A program made the translations under genes and the position numbers. Of a DNA stretch of 64,000 bases, positions 9,628 to 18,923 are shown one piece after another. The DNA is from Candidatus Krumholzibacteriota bacterium (lineage in GTDB: Bacteria > Krumholzibacteriota > Krumholzibacteriia > Krumholzibacteriales > Krumholzibacteriaceae): positions 3,486 to 67,485 of the forward strand of contig JAFGCX010000031.1 of NCBI GenBank assembly GCA_016932415.1. The letters are read 5' to 3'. The notes under the pieces were generated by a model. The model had not been told where the DNA came from, ran no database searches, and saw only the letters and a program-made list of their open reading frames with translations. Each line of letters begins with the position of its first letter. Position 1 is the stretch's first letter.

Positions 9628-11571
9628 ATGAAGTTGTCAATTAATATGGTGGCGAGGACAATCAATCAGAATTCTGGAAGAATCGTCATTATACTTTTTC
9701 TTGTAATGCTGATCGCCGGATATTCCTCCGATCTGTTATCAGATGATTTCGGTCTCGATCTCCCTTACGTCAAAAGGATCGTCATACTTGGCAACGTGAC
9801 TTTTGACGACGGTATTCTCAAAAAGAGGATGAGGACCAGGGAAGCACGTTATTATAATATCTTCAACAAGCCACGTTTCAGAAGGGATTTCATCCGAAGG
9901 GACCTTGAAAGCCTGAAGACTTTCTATAGACTTAACGGATTTTTCGAAGTCACCGTTAATCTCGAGTCCATAGACAGGGATAAAAAGGGGAATCACGTCA
10001 CATTACGTATCTTGGTGAATGAAGGTCCGCAATCGATTGTACGCAGTCTGCATTTTTCCGATCAGGATGCAGTCGCTCCGGAAACGCTGATAAAAGGCCT
10101 CAGACTTACAAAAGGTATGCCTTATAACCCGAACCTGGTGGAGACGGACAGGTACACCCTTTTCAGCCATTTTTTCAGAAAGGGATATCTTGGCGCGATG
10201 GTCGCCTGCAATACGAGGGTAGATTCAACGGATATTGATATATCGTGGGAAATTGCTCCAGGATCCCCGGTCAGAGTGGAGAAGATAGACATAAGCGGAA
10301 ACCAGAAGGTCCGGGATGAGCTGATCCGAAGGGAATTAAAGATAGGATCGGGACAGTATTTTCAGCTCCGGAAAATAATCGAAAGCAAACAGAACCTTTA
10401 TGATACGGGATGTTTCAGCTCGGTGGAGATAGAACCCAAAGCGTTGGATGTTGATAGCGGAAAAGTCGATCTTCAGTTACAGGTCAGGGAAAGGAAGATG
10501 GGATATCTCGAATCGGGTCTCGGTGTCGGAAATGTTCACGCTAACAGGGTCTTTGCCGAATGGGGGCAGAGGAATCTTCTGGGACGGGGATACGCGCTGG
10601 ATATCAAAACGGCTTTTGCTTTCAGGATCTTCGAGGATAACAAGTATGCATTATCGGACGTCAAGTTTGAGAATAAATATCAACGGCACGAAGGCGAACT
10701 TAGATTCCCGCACATCCTGTCGACATGGAACACTTTTTCAGTGGGATCTTTTTACGAACGCGACGCCACAGTGGAACCGGTTATTGTCGAAGCGATCAGT
10801 TTTAACGGTACCGTATCGCGCAGGATCTCAAGGCAGACTTCACTTCTTCTTGGATATGTCTATGAAAAAATAAGAAGGCAGGATGCTATCGATGAAAAGG
10901 AAAGGTCACTTCGAAGGTCACTCGATTTTACTTACCACAGAGATACGAGGGATTTCTATTTTAATCCGCGGCGGGGAAGATACATCGCGCTTGAGGCGAG
11001 ATACGCCGGTGGGATCCTCGGGGGAGACGATCATTACTATTCCATAGTACCGTCATTTCAGGATTATCGCCGCCTGTCAGAAGAGACGGTCCTTGCGTAC
11101 AGGGTAAGGGCCGGTTACGCAAAAGCTTTTGGAGATAGCCGGGATACCGGGTTGCCGATCGAAAGCAGGTTTTTCCTCGGAGGAGGTAACTCTGTCAGGG
11201 GTTACCGCGAAAACACACTGGGACCTCTTAACAGCACGGGAACAGCCAGGGGAGGCAACATCATGCTTCTGGCGAATATTGAGATGAGGTTTCCACTGCC
11301 AGTGATCTCAAAATATAACTTCGGAGGAGCATTCTTCCTGGATGGCGGAAATGTCTGGGACTCCGTTTCCGATATAAAATTTGAAGAATTTGTTTTCATG
11401 AAGGAAAGATCCGATATATCGACCGCGGATTTCAGGTACAGTGCCGGTTTTGGATTGAGGTACTACACTCCGGTAGGACCTATCAGAATAGACGCGGGAT
11501 TTCCGATAACCCGGCCCGTAGACATCGATTACGATTACTGGATCCACATCAGCCTCGGACAGATCTTTTAA
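9628..11571 (+). CDS. Omp85-family outer-membrane assembly protein with about 3 POTRA domains (BamA/TamA-like)
   Basis: Signal/TM at the N-terminus, then three POTRA-length repeats of about 80 aa (aa about 48-290). The barrel follows, with RFFLGGGNSVRGY and a C-terminal ...WIHISLGQIF (terminal Phe). Confidence 0.85.
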   Translation: MKLSINMVARTINQNSGRIVIILFLVMLIAGYSSDLLSDDFGLDLPYVKRIVILGNVTFDDGILKKRMRTREARYYNIFNKPRFRRDFIRRDLESLKTFYRLNGFFEVTVNLESIDRDKKGNHVTLRILVNEGPQSIVRSLHFSDQDAVAPETLIKGLRLTKGMPYNPNLVETDRYTLFSHFFRKGYLGAMVACNTRVDSTDIDISWEIAPGSPVRVEKIDISGNQKVRDELIRRELKIGSGQYFQLRKIIESKQNLYDTGCFSSVEIEPKALDVDSGKVDLQLQVRERKMGYLESGLGVGNVHANRVFAEWGQRNLLGRGYALDIKTAFAFRIFEDNKYALSDVKFENKYQRHEGELRFPHILSTWNTFSVGSFYERDATVEPVIVEAISFNGTVSRRISRQTSLLLGYVYEKIRRQDAIDEKERSLRRSLDFTYHRDTRDFYFNPRRGRYIALEARYAGGILGGDDHYYSIVPSFQDYRRLSEETVLAYRVRAGYAKAFGDSRDTGLPIESRFFLGGGNSVRGYRENTLGPLNSTGTARGGNIMLLANIEMRFPLPVISKYNFGGAFFLDGGNVWDSVSDIKFEEFVFMKERSDISTADFRYSAGFGLRYYTPVGPIRIDAGFPITRPVDIDYDYWIHISLGQIF

Positions 11572-11585
11572 CGGAGCCAAGGGAT

Positions 11586-14500
11586 TTGGTTAAAAAAATA
11601 TTAAAATCAAGGATCACGTCATTCGTTTCGCTGATAATAAGCCTTCTGCTGACAATGACGATTGTCGCCGGGATCATCTTTCATACTGATTTCTTCGCGA
11701 AGAGAACGTCAACGATGTTTTCCCGGTATCTTTTCAGAGGGACCGGGTACACGCTGGAATTCAGGGCGATCTCCGGAAATCCGCTGGAGAGGATAAAAAT
11801 CGAAGATCTTCGTATCAGGTACAGGAGCAGTGAGTACGCCTTTGACCTTCTGCGTGTCGAAGAGATCTTCCTTAGCTATGATCTCGCGTCGCTATTCTCA
11901 ACCGAGCCGTCGATAAACGAAATTATTTTCAATAGACCTCATGCGTGGATCAAGCCTGATTCCACGGGGGAGAATATACTGCCATTTAATGGGACTTCCA
12001 CGGGTCGGTCAGGCCAGGTGAGATTCAGGGTGGAAAAATTCGATATCAATAACGGACAGTTAATATACCAGGGGAATCAGAGAGCCGACGCGTTGAAGAA
12101 TCTGAATCTGGAAGGTGCCGTACGTTCCGGGGAAAAAGGGATAATAGCCGATATCGGCTCGGGGAGTGCCGAGGATATAAGGCGAAAACTTCATATCAGG
12201 AATATAAGTGGCAATATAAGAAAGAACTCGGGAAGTCGATCTCCTGTAGACCGGATCGAAGTCAGTGACCTGTTCCTTGAACTGGATGAATCGTCGTTGC
12301 TGATCAACGGGACATTCGATCCCGATTCAACAAGGTTCGGGCTGAATATCGCCGCTGAACCATTTGATGTCGAGGAGATATCAAGGCTTGTAGGTATAGA
12401 ATCGGGACAGTTTGGAGAACTGCAGGGAGTCCTCGCGGTAGAGGGTACGACGGGAGATCTCAAGATACGCGGTATGTTGAACGGTATATTGTCAGGATTC
12501 GCGCTTGATGGGTTCAAACTCGACCTCCGGTACGACACAAGAGCGGTTATGCTGAACAGTGGAGAAGGAAGATTAAATGGCGCCCTTGTGAATGGTAGCG
12601 GTGTTATGCCGGTCAGTGGTGAGCGGATCATCAAACTTGATCTCGACGTCAATGATCTTGACCTCTCTGCCGGTTTCATAAGAAATAATTCGATTCCCGA
12701 CACAAGGTTCAACGGTATGTTGATATTGAGATATGATGTCGATTCGAAAGAATTGTATTTCACGATGGACCTGAAGGAAGGGCATCTCAGAAAAATACCA
12801 TTCAGCACAATGACTGCTTCGGGCTCATACAGGGCTGATACTCTCTTTATGGACCAGATGACAATGGCATATCCGACTCATGATATTTCGACTACAGGTA
12901 CGATATCCAGGGATGGTGGGATAAGGCTGTTCATCGATACCGAATGCGCTAAAGATGACACTTTGTTTTCATATTTCAATATAGACGAATATCGGGCGAA
13001 TCTTAAGTTCAACGGAATATGGGAAGGCAGTTTTGCCCGATGGGACCTCAGGGCCAGCGGATGTTGCACGGACATATTCTACAAAGGAGCGTACGTTCCT
13101 TCCGGAGATATTAAATTTGCTTTAAGCAGGGACGAATCATTTCGTTTCCTTTTTGAGATGCGGGGGGATAGCTGCGATATTGCGCCGTTGTCGTTTTCAG
13201 GGATAGACCTGTCCCTGGAATACAATGACAACATAACAAGTATCAAGAGACTGTACCTGCAGAGGCCGGGCCTGGTCGCCGACATGCGTGGAGATCTGAT
13301 AAAAAACGAAGATATAACCGAGATAGTATTCAATGAAGTCTCAATAGATGCCCTCGAGGAACGCTGGTTGAGCAATGGAAAATTCAGCGTCAACATAAGT
13401 GAATCAAGGATCGAGTTCGATGACCTGCAGCTTCATTCCAGGCTCGGGGCTCTCTATATGGGGTGTGTCGTGGGAAGAGAAGACCGGAGGATCAACGGGA
13501 ACTTTACTTTCGACAGGCTTGGGCTGTCACTTTTTAACGCGGCTGGACTGATCAATAAGCCGGTAACGGGGAAGGGAGCGGGAGTGATAAATTGCCGAGG
13601 AACGATCGACCAGCCCGGTTTTGACCTCGATATGGTTCTTGAGCAGATGATCTATGACAGCCTTTCCGTGGATTCTCTGAAACTTGTCGCGAACTATTCG
13701 GACCGGATATTCGAGATCGATACTTTGTATATCGATTCTCCTGAAGGCATCCTTGAGATGAAAGGCACAGTCTCGGGAACTGATCCAAGAGAACTTTTAA
13801 AAGGGAGGGAAAAGGCGCTGCGCGGAGCCGTTGCCGATTTAGACGCCGTATGCGAGGATCTTTCACTCGTACCGCTTTTTTCACTTTCGGAAAAATCACC
13901 TTTTTCAGGTGGTGATTTTACGGGAATAATATCGGTCAGGGATTCACTGACCCATCCCCTTCTTGGAGTCGAGGGAAAGATCTCAGGGCTTTCAACCGAT
14001 CGGTACAGGATCCCGATGATCGACATTTCAGCCGATATAGACAGACAGTCGCTCAAGCTCGATGGGATAATGGAATTATCACAAGGACAGAGAGGGAGAT
14101 TCAACGGAAATATCAATCTGAATCACGAGAAATGGTTCTATTCGATAGACCAGCATGAACCGATATCGGTCGGATTGAGTATTCCCGACGGGGAGTTGTC
14201 CAGCATCACAGGCATGACCGATATAATCGCCGAGGCCGAAGGAAGGTTTTCAGCCGAATTCACCGTAACCGGTACTGCTTCAGAACCCAAGCTGCGGGGA
14301 AGACTGGATCTTGACCAGGCAGGTTTCAGGCTGGGAGGGATGGAGGAAAGATACAGGGGGATCAGGGCTGTAATAACCCTGGACGATACGCTGGTCACGA
14401 TCAGGGAACTGCACGGGAAGGAAGGTAAGAACGGCAATTTCAATTGCGTGGGCAGCGTATCGCTCAAGGGATGGAGGCCAGAAAGGTATGACATAGATAT

Positions 14501-15479
14501 AGAAGTCGACAAGATTCTCATAGCGAGCATTCCCGATGTAATGGCGATAGTAAGTGGAAACCTTGCAGTCGGAACTACTGAAAGCGGTGGAAAGAAGATT
14601 CCCGTAGTCACGGGCGACCTGAGTGTCAACAGGGCTGAGGTGTATATAGATTTCGGCGATTTCGCCTCTGTGCAGAAAAGTGGATCGCTTGAGCCGCCGG
14701 GATGGATGGCGGAGGTCGACCTGGAAGTGAAGGGAAATACGTGGCTGAAGACACCGGACGCCAACGTCGAGATGGAAGGTGCTGTCACTCTGCATCATGA
14801 TCAGAAGGGGTCATACGTGCGCGGTTCCCTTAATCTTATAAGGGGCTGGTATAATGTCTATAATAACAAGTTCCGGGTATCTTCGGGGAAACTGGAATTC
14901 GTGCACGCCGACAGTTTCAGGCCTGTCATAGACGTTCAAGCCGAGACGAACGATCCCGAAGGCAGAAAGATCTATCTTACCCTTTCCTGGCACCAGGACG
15001 ATATCGAACCGAGGCTTTCCCTGTATCACGAGGACGCTGGATACAGCGAGACTGATATCTGGAAAATGCTCGGAGGAGGAGTCATCGGAACGTCGGAAGG
15101 GGCGGGTGCGAGCTGGGATGCCATGAATACAGCCCAGAACCTGGCGGCCAACTACATAGAACGGATGTTAAACTCCCAGATGCAGGGAGTATTAATAGAA
15201 GTCGAGACGAGTGGAGGAGCAAGCAGCGCTACAGAAGGGTTCGAGCCGGAAGAGACGATTGTGGCGATCGGCAAGTATCTCTCGGAAGGCCTTTATGTCA
15301 AATATAAACAAGGGTTGTCTATCTCAACGGCGCGTCATTTCGAGGTAGAATACAGGTTGAGCCGGCTCTTCCTGATCCGTTCCGAAGTCATAATGTATTC
15401 CGAGAAAGTACTTCAGGGCAGAAGCAAAAGAAACAGCGATGAGATCAACGTGGATTTCAAGGTCCGCTGGGAATTCTGA
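11586..15479 (+). CDS. tamB: Translocation and assembly module protein TamB (AsmA-like, DUF490 C-terminus); TTG start
   Basis: 1297 aa with an N-terminal TM anchor, a long beta-rich body and the C-terminal GKYLSEGLYVKYKQGL...EVEYRLSRLFLIRSEV pattern typical of TamB. Confidence 0.8.
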   Translation: MVKKILKSRITSFVSLIISLLLTMTIVAGIIFHTDFFAKRTSTMFSRYLFRGTGYTLEFRAISGNPLERIKIEDLRIRYRSSEYAFDLLRVEEIFLSYDLASLFSTEPSINEIIFNRPHAWIKPDSTGENILPFNGTSTGRSGQVRFRVEKFDINNGQLIYQGNQRADALKNLNLEGAVRSGEKGIIADIGSGSAEDIRRKLHIRNISGNIRKNSGSRSPVDRIEVSDLFLELDESSLLINGTFDPDSTRFGLNIAAEPFDVEEISRLVGIESGQFGELQGVLAVEGTTGDLKIRGMLNGILSGFALDGFKLDLRYDTRAVMLNSGEGRLNGALVNGSGVMPVSGERIIKLDLDVNDLDLSAGFIRNNSIPDTRFNGMLILRYDVDSKELYFTMDLKEGHLRKIPFSTMTASGSYRADTLFMDQMTMAYPTHDISTTGTISRDGGIRLFIDTECAKDDTLFSYFNIDEYRANLKFNGIWEGSFARWDLRASGCCTDIFYKGAYVPSGDIKFALSRDESFRFLFEMRGDSCDIAPLSFSGIDLSLEYNDNITSIKRLYLQRPGLVADMRGDLIKNEDITEIVFNEVSIDALEERWLSNGKFSVNISESRIEFDDLQLHSRLGALYMGCVVGREDRRINGNFTFDRLGLSLFNAAGLINKPVTGKGAGVINCRGTIDQPGFDLDMVLEQMIYDSLSVDSLKLVANYSDRIFEIDTLYIDSPEGILEMKGTVSGTDPRELLKGREKALRGAVADLDAVCEDLSLVPLFSLSEKSPFSGGDFTGIISVRDSLTHPLLGVEGKISGLSTDRYRIPMIDISADIDRQSLKLDGIMELSQGQRGRFNGNINLNHEKWFYSIDQHEPISVGLSIPDGELSSITGMTDIIAEAEGRFSAEFTVTGTASEPKLRGRLDLDQAGFRLGGMEERYRGIRAVITLDDTLVTIRELHGKEGKNGNFNCVGSVSLKGWRPERYDIDIEVDKILIASIPDVMAIVSGNLAVGTTESGGKKIPVVTGDLSVNRAEVYIDFGDFASVQKSGSLEPPGWMAEVDLEVKGNTWLKTPDANVEMEGAVTLHHDQKGSYVRGSLNLIRGWYNVYNNKFRVSSGKLEFVHADSFRPVIDVQAETNDPEGRKIYLTLSWHQDDIEPRLSLYHEDAGYSETDIWKMLGGGVIGTSEGAGASWDAMNTAQNLAANYIERMLNSQMQGVLIEVETSGGASSATEGFEPEETIVAIGKYLSEGLYVKYKQGLSISTARHFEVEYRLSRLFLIRSEVIMYSEKVLQGRSKRNSDEINVDFKVRWEF

Positions 15480-15555
15480 GAGAAATGCCTTGAAATCAAC
15501 GGAATGGAACGACATCTTTCAAGTGAAGCAGAGATTGAAGATTCGGAGGAGGAAG

Positions 15556-18500
15556 ATGAAGAAAACTGCCGGAATAGTGTTATTTTTTCTGGCCCTTGAT
15601 CTTTTCCTTTTACACCTGCCCCTTTCCAGTGTCAGCGCCCAGGCATGGTGGTTCGGAAAGAACAAGGTACAGTACAAGGATTTCGAATGGCAGATTCTCA
15701 AGACTCCTCATTTTGATATCCATTTCAACCAGGGGTACCGCGATCTCGCCGGCAGGACTGGCGTCGTCCTTGAATACGGTTACGGCAAGCTCTCCGTGGA
15801 CCTGAGGCATCACATATCATGGCGTATACCGGTGATCCTTTACGGCAGCCATTCGGATTTTCAACAGACCAACACGACCTGGCAGCTGCTTCCCGAGGGC
15901 GTACAGGCTTTCGCCGAACCGAGCAGAAGGAGGGTCGTCCTTCATTTCAACGGTTCAAACGTCGATTTCAGTCACACCGCGATACATGAACTTGTCCATA
16001 TTTTTCAATTCGACATTATATACGGAAGCCTTCTCAGATCAGTGTTTTCAAGGAATATGCTTTTTAATATTCCTCTCTGGTTTGCGGAGGGTACTGCGGA
16101 ATATTTCTCTGCCGGAGGAGTCGACGATGAATGCAGGATGTTCATGCGCGACGGTACGATCTTCGATTATCTTCCTTACGATCTGAATTATGCCGGTGGA
16201 TACATGAATTACAAGGCCGGACAGTCAGCAATATCCTATATCGCCGAGACTTATGGTAAGGAAAAGGTCATTGAACTGATGGATCAACTTCGGTTCAACA
16301 GGTCGATGGAGATGTCCCTTCATCGTACTATAGGTATCTCGACAGAGGAGCTTACGAAGAATTGGAAAAACAATCTCAGGCGGGAATACTGGCCCGAGTA
16401 CGCCGATAAGATGGAGGCGGAATCAATCGCCAGAAAAGTCACCGATCATCTTAAGAAGCATAACTATATAAACTCAAAACCCGTATTTTCGCCTGATGGA
16501 GAGTATATCGCCTATTATTCTGACAGGAGCGGTCTTGAAGGTATCTATATAATGGATTCAGTCACAGGCAAGAAGAAGAAAAAACTTCTTGTCGGGTCGA
16601 CATCGAGTCAGTTCGAATACATAAGGACGAGACTTTCAAGCCTGACGTGGAATCCTGAATCGTCGGAGATTGCTTTTGTCGCCAAGTCGGATGGAAGGGA
16701 CAGGTTGTTTCGGATGGGTGTCCCGGGGGGAAATATCATCGAGGAGATAGACCTTCCACTCGATTTCTTTTTCAACCCGGTATGGTCGCCGGACGGAGAA
16801 AAGATCATTGTCGTGGGCACGCTCAGGGGGCAGACAGATCTCTTTTTTTATGACCTTGGAATGAAGAAACTTTTCCAGGTCACCGATGATACATGTGATG
16901 AAAAATATCCCGCCTGGTTCCCCGACGGAAAGAGGATCGTATATACACGTTATCCCGAACCCGTCAAGCAGCCTGTCTTCACGACTGACAGCACCGGAGT
17001 GGACAGGATTGAGAACCTCGACTATGCTGACATGAGTAACGTTCTTTCCGTCAAGGGTGATATCTGGATGATAGATATCCTGAGCGGAGAGAAAAGGCTC
17101 GTTATCTCCACTCCAGGCAACGACGAATCGCCACAGATACTATCCAATGGCCTGGAACTGTTATTTGTCTCGGATGAATCAGGGATAAGCAATCTTTACC
17201 GTGGAAGCTTCGAAATCGGAAGCTACCACCGTTTTACCGACATACTCGGAGGCCTGTTCAATCCTTCCGTCTCAAACGTCAAGGACCGTCTGGTCTTCTC
17301 CGCTTTTAACGCCGCCGGGTATGATCTTTTCATAATGGATAATTTCGAGGAAAAGTCGAGGGTGTCATATTCGACGGGTGGGCCCCTGTTGGCCGGGATC
17401 AAGGAGGAAAAATGGCCTTCGTTCGGAGTGCTTCCGGAGATCGATCCCTATGGAGGTTCCGGGTTGGAAGGTCCTGACCCTGAGGTTGAGCGGATCACTG
17501 TGGAAGAAAAGATGCCAGGGTCGCCCGACGGGAAGGAAGATCAATCGGTCGATACAAGTTCCGGTGCTGGAACCCCCCAGGGAGGAAGGTTTCCCGGCAG
17601 GAGATGGGAAAACGGAGCCGAAGTACCTGACGTGGTTATCAACGAAGATTCAAAAGAGAGGATCGATCCAGATTCGCTCGAGGCCCTGCGCGAATCTTTC
17701 AGAAAACGTGTGGGCACAGTTGAAAAGTACAGAATCAAATTCTCTCCCGACTACATAGGAAACGGAATGGGGGTCTATTTCGCGACCGGACTCGGGTTCG
17801 GACTGTCCAACCAGATCGCGTTCAGCGACCTTCTGGGTGACCATCACCTCTTTCTGGCGTTCAGCCTCTATGGATCGGTAGAAGACAGCGATATGATGCT
17901 GTCATATTACTATGTCAAGAAGAGGATCGATTATTCGCTCGGTATCTTTCAGTTCAAGAACTACCTCAATTCCAGGTTCTCCTCCGTGGGGGAGACATTT
18001 CTGGACTACAGATATTTTACCGAGAGGAACTACGGCCTTTTTGGTAATGCTTCTTTTCCCTTTTCTACTTTTACAAGGGCGGAGATGGAACTCCAGGCGT
18101 ACATGAGTGAGAGGGAGTTTCTTATACTCGATGATGGATCGTATTACGGGTATACCGTTTATGACAGCGATGTATCGGTAAAGAGGATGTTGCAACCATC
18201 TTTTTCCATAGTTCATGACTCGGCTTACTACGGGTCTTTCGGACCAGTGATAGGGTCCAGATGGATGCTCAGTTTTTCAAGGGCCCTGTCGTTCAGTGGA
18301 CGCGACATATCGAGGACGACGGCGTTTCTCGATTATCGCAGGTACAGACCTCTCTTCTACAGGAACTACCTTGCCTTCAGGACAGTGGCAAGCAGCAGCA
18401 ACGGGGAAGATAGGCGGTATTTCTTCCTCGGAGGCCCGACGACGATGCGAGGATACGATTACCTGCAGTTCCAGGGTTCAAGGATGATGCTTTTCAACCT

Positions 18501-18807
18501 CGAGTACAGGTATCCACTCGTTGACGCGATAATATTCGGATGGCCGGGCAGATGGGCCTTGACGAATATCGGAGGGACGTTGTTTTTTGATACGGGATCT
18601 GTTTGGGGTGATGGAAGATATATCGAGAAGCTGCCCGCCGCAATAGACCCGGTGATGATAAACGATCTGGAGTTTTACAGTGATTTCGGGGTTGGATTCT
18701 ATATGAGGATGGGTTTTCTCATATTTAATTTTCAGCTTGCCTGGCCGACTGATTTTTCAAATACCGGTGAACCGGTGTTCCATTTTTATCTGGGTCCGCA
18801 ATTCTGA
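15556..18807 (+). CDS. Fusion protein: Peptidase_MA-like HExxH domain + PD40 (TolB-type) beta-propeller + Omp85-type beta-barrel
   Basis: ATG 15556 follows GGAGGAGGA and starts a signal peptide. HELVH at 15985..15999 with WFAEGTAEY downstream. PD40 blades (SPDGEYIAYYSDRSG, WSPDGEKIIVVG, WFPDGKRIVYTR...). C-terminal FFLGGPTTMRGYDY...FHFYLGPQF. Confidence 0.7.
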   Translation: MKKTAGIVLFFLALDLFLLHLPLSSVSAQAWWFGKNKVQYKDFEWQILKTPHFDIHFNQGYRDLAGRTGVVLEYGYGKLSVDLRHHISWRIPVILYGSHSDFQQTNTTWQLLPEGVQAFAEPSRRRVVLHFNGSNVDFSHTAIHELVHIFQFDIIYGSLLRSVFSRNMLFNIPLWFAEGTAEYFSAGGVDDECRMFMRDGTIFDYLPYDLNYAGGYMNYKAGQSAISYIAETYGKEKVIELMDQLRFNRSMEMSLHRTIGISTEELTKNWKNNLRREYWPEYADKMEAESIARKVTDHLKKHNYINSKPVFSPDGEYIAYYSDRSGLEGIYIMDSVTGKKKKKLLVGSTSSQFEYIRTRLSSLTWNPESSEIAFVAKSDGRDRLFRMGVPGGNIIEEIDLPLDFFFNPVWSPDGEKIIVVGTLRGQTDLFFYDLGMKKLFQVTDDTCDEKYPAWFPDGKRIVYTRYPEPVKQPVFTTDSTGVDRIENLDYADMSNVLSVKGDIWMIDILSGEKRLVISTPGNDESPQILSNGLELLFVSDESGISNLYRGSFEIGSYHRFTDILGGLFNPSVSNVKDRLVFSAFNAAGYDLFIMDNFEEKSRVSYSTGGPLLAGIKEEKWPSFGVLPEIDPYGGSGLEGPDPEVERITVEEKMPGSPDGKEDQSVDTSSGAGTPQGGRFPGRRWENGAEVPDVVINEDSKERIDPDSLEALRESFRKRVGTVEKYRIKFSPDYIGNGMGVYFATGLGFGLSNQIAFSDLLGDHHLFLAFSLYGSVEDSDMMLSYYYVKKRIDYSLGIFQFKNYLNSRFSSVGETFLDYRYFTERNYGLFGNASFPFSTFTRAEMELQAYMSEREFLILDDGSYYGYTVYDSDVSVKRMLQPSFSIVHDSAYYGSFGPVIGSRWMLSFSRALSFSGRDISRTTAFLDYRRYRPLFYRNYLAFRTVASSSNGEDRRYFFLGGPTTMRGYDYLQFQGSRMMLFNLEYRYPLVDAIIFGWPGRWALTNIGGTLFFDTGSVWGDGRYIEKLPAAIDPVMINDLEFYSDFGVGFYMRMGFLIFNFQLAWPTDFSNTGEPVFHFYLGPQF

Positions 18808-18923
18808 TAATCCCGTATTTACCACATGGATCAGTAATGGTATTATATCCGGCACGGTATTTCGCGACTGCCGGTGAGCCGGACGATAGGTTTGCGGGTG
18901 AACAGCAAAAGGAAAAGCGCTTC

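Noticed and set aside
15439-15555. Upstream extension of the peptidase/PD40/Omp85 ORF that overlaps the tamB 3' end by 41 nt.
   Set aside because: The internal ATG 15556 has a strong GGAGGAGGA SD and begins a proper signal peptide. The extension is basic, non-signal-like sequence.
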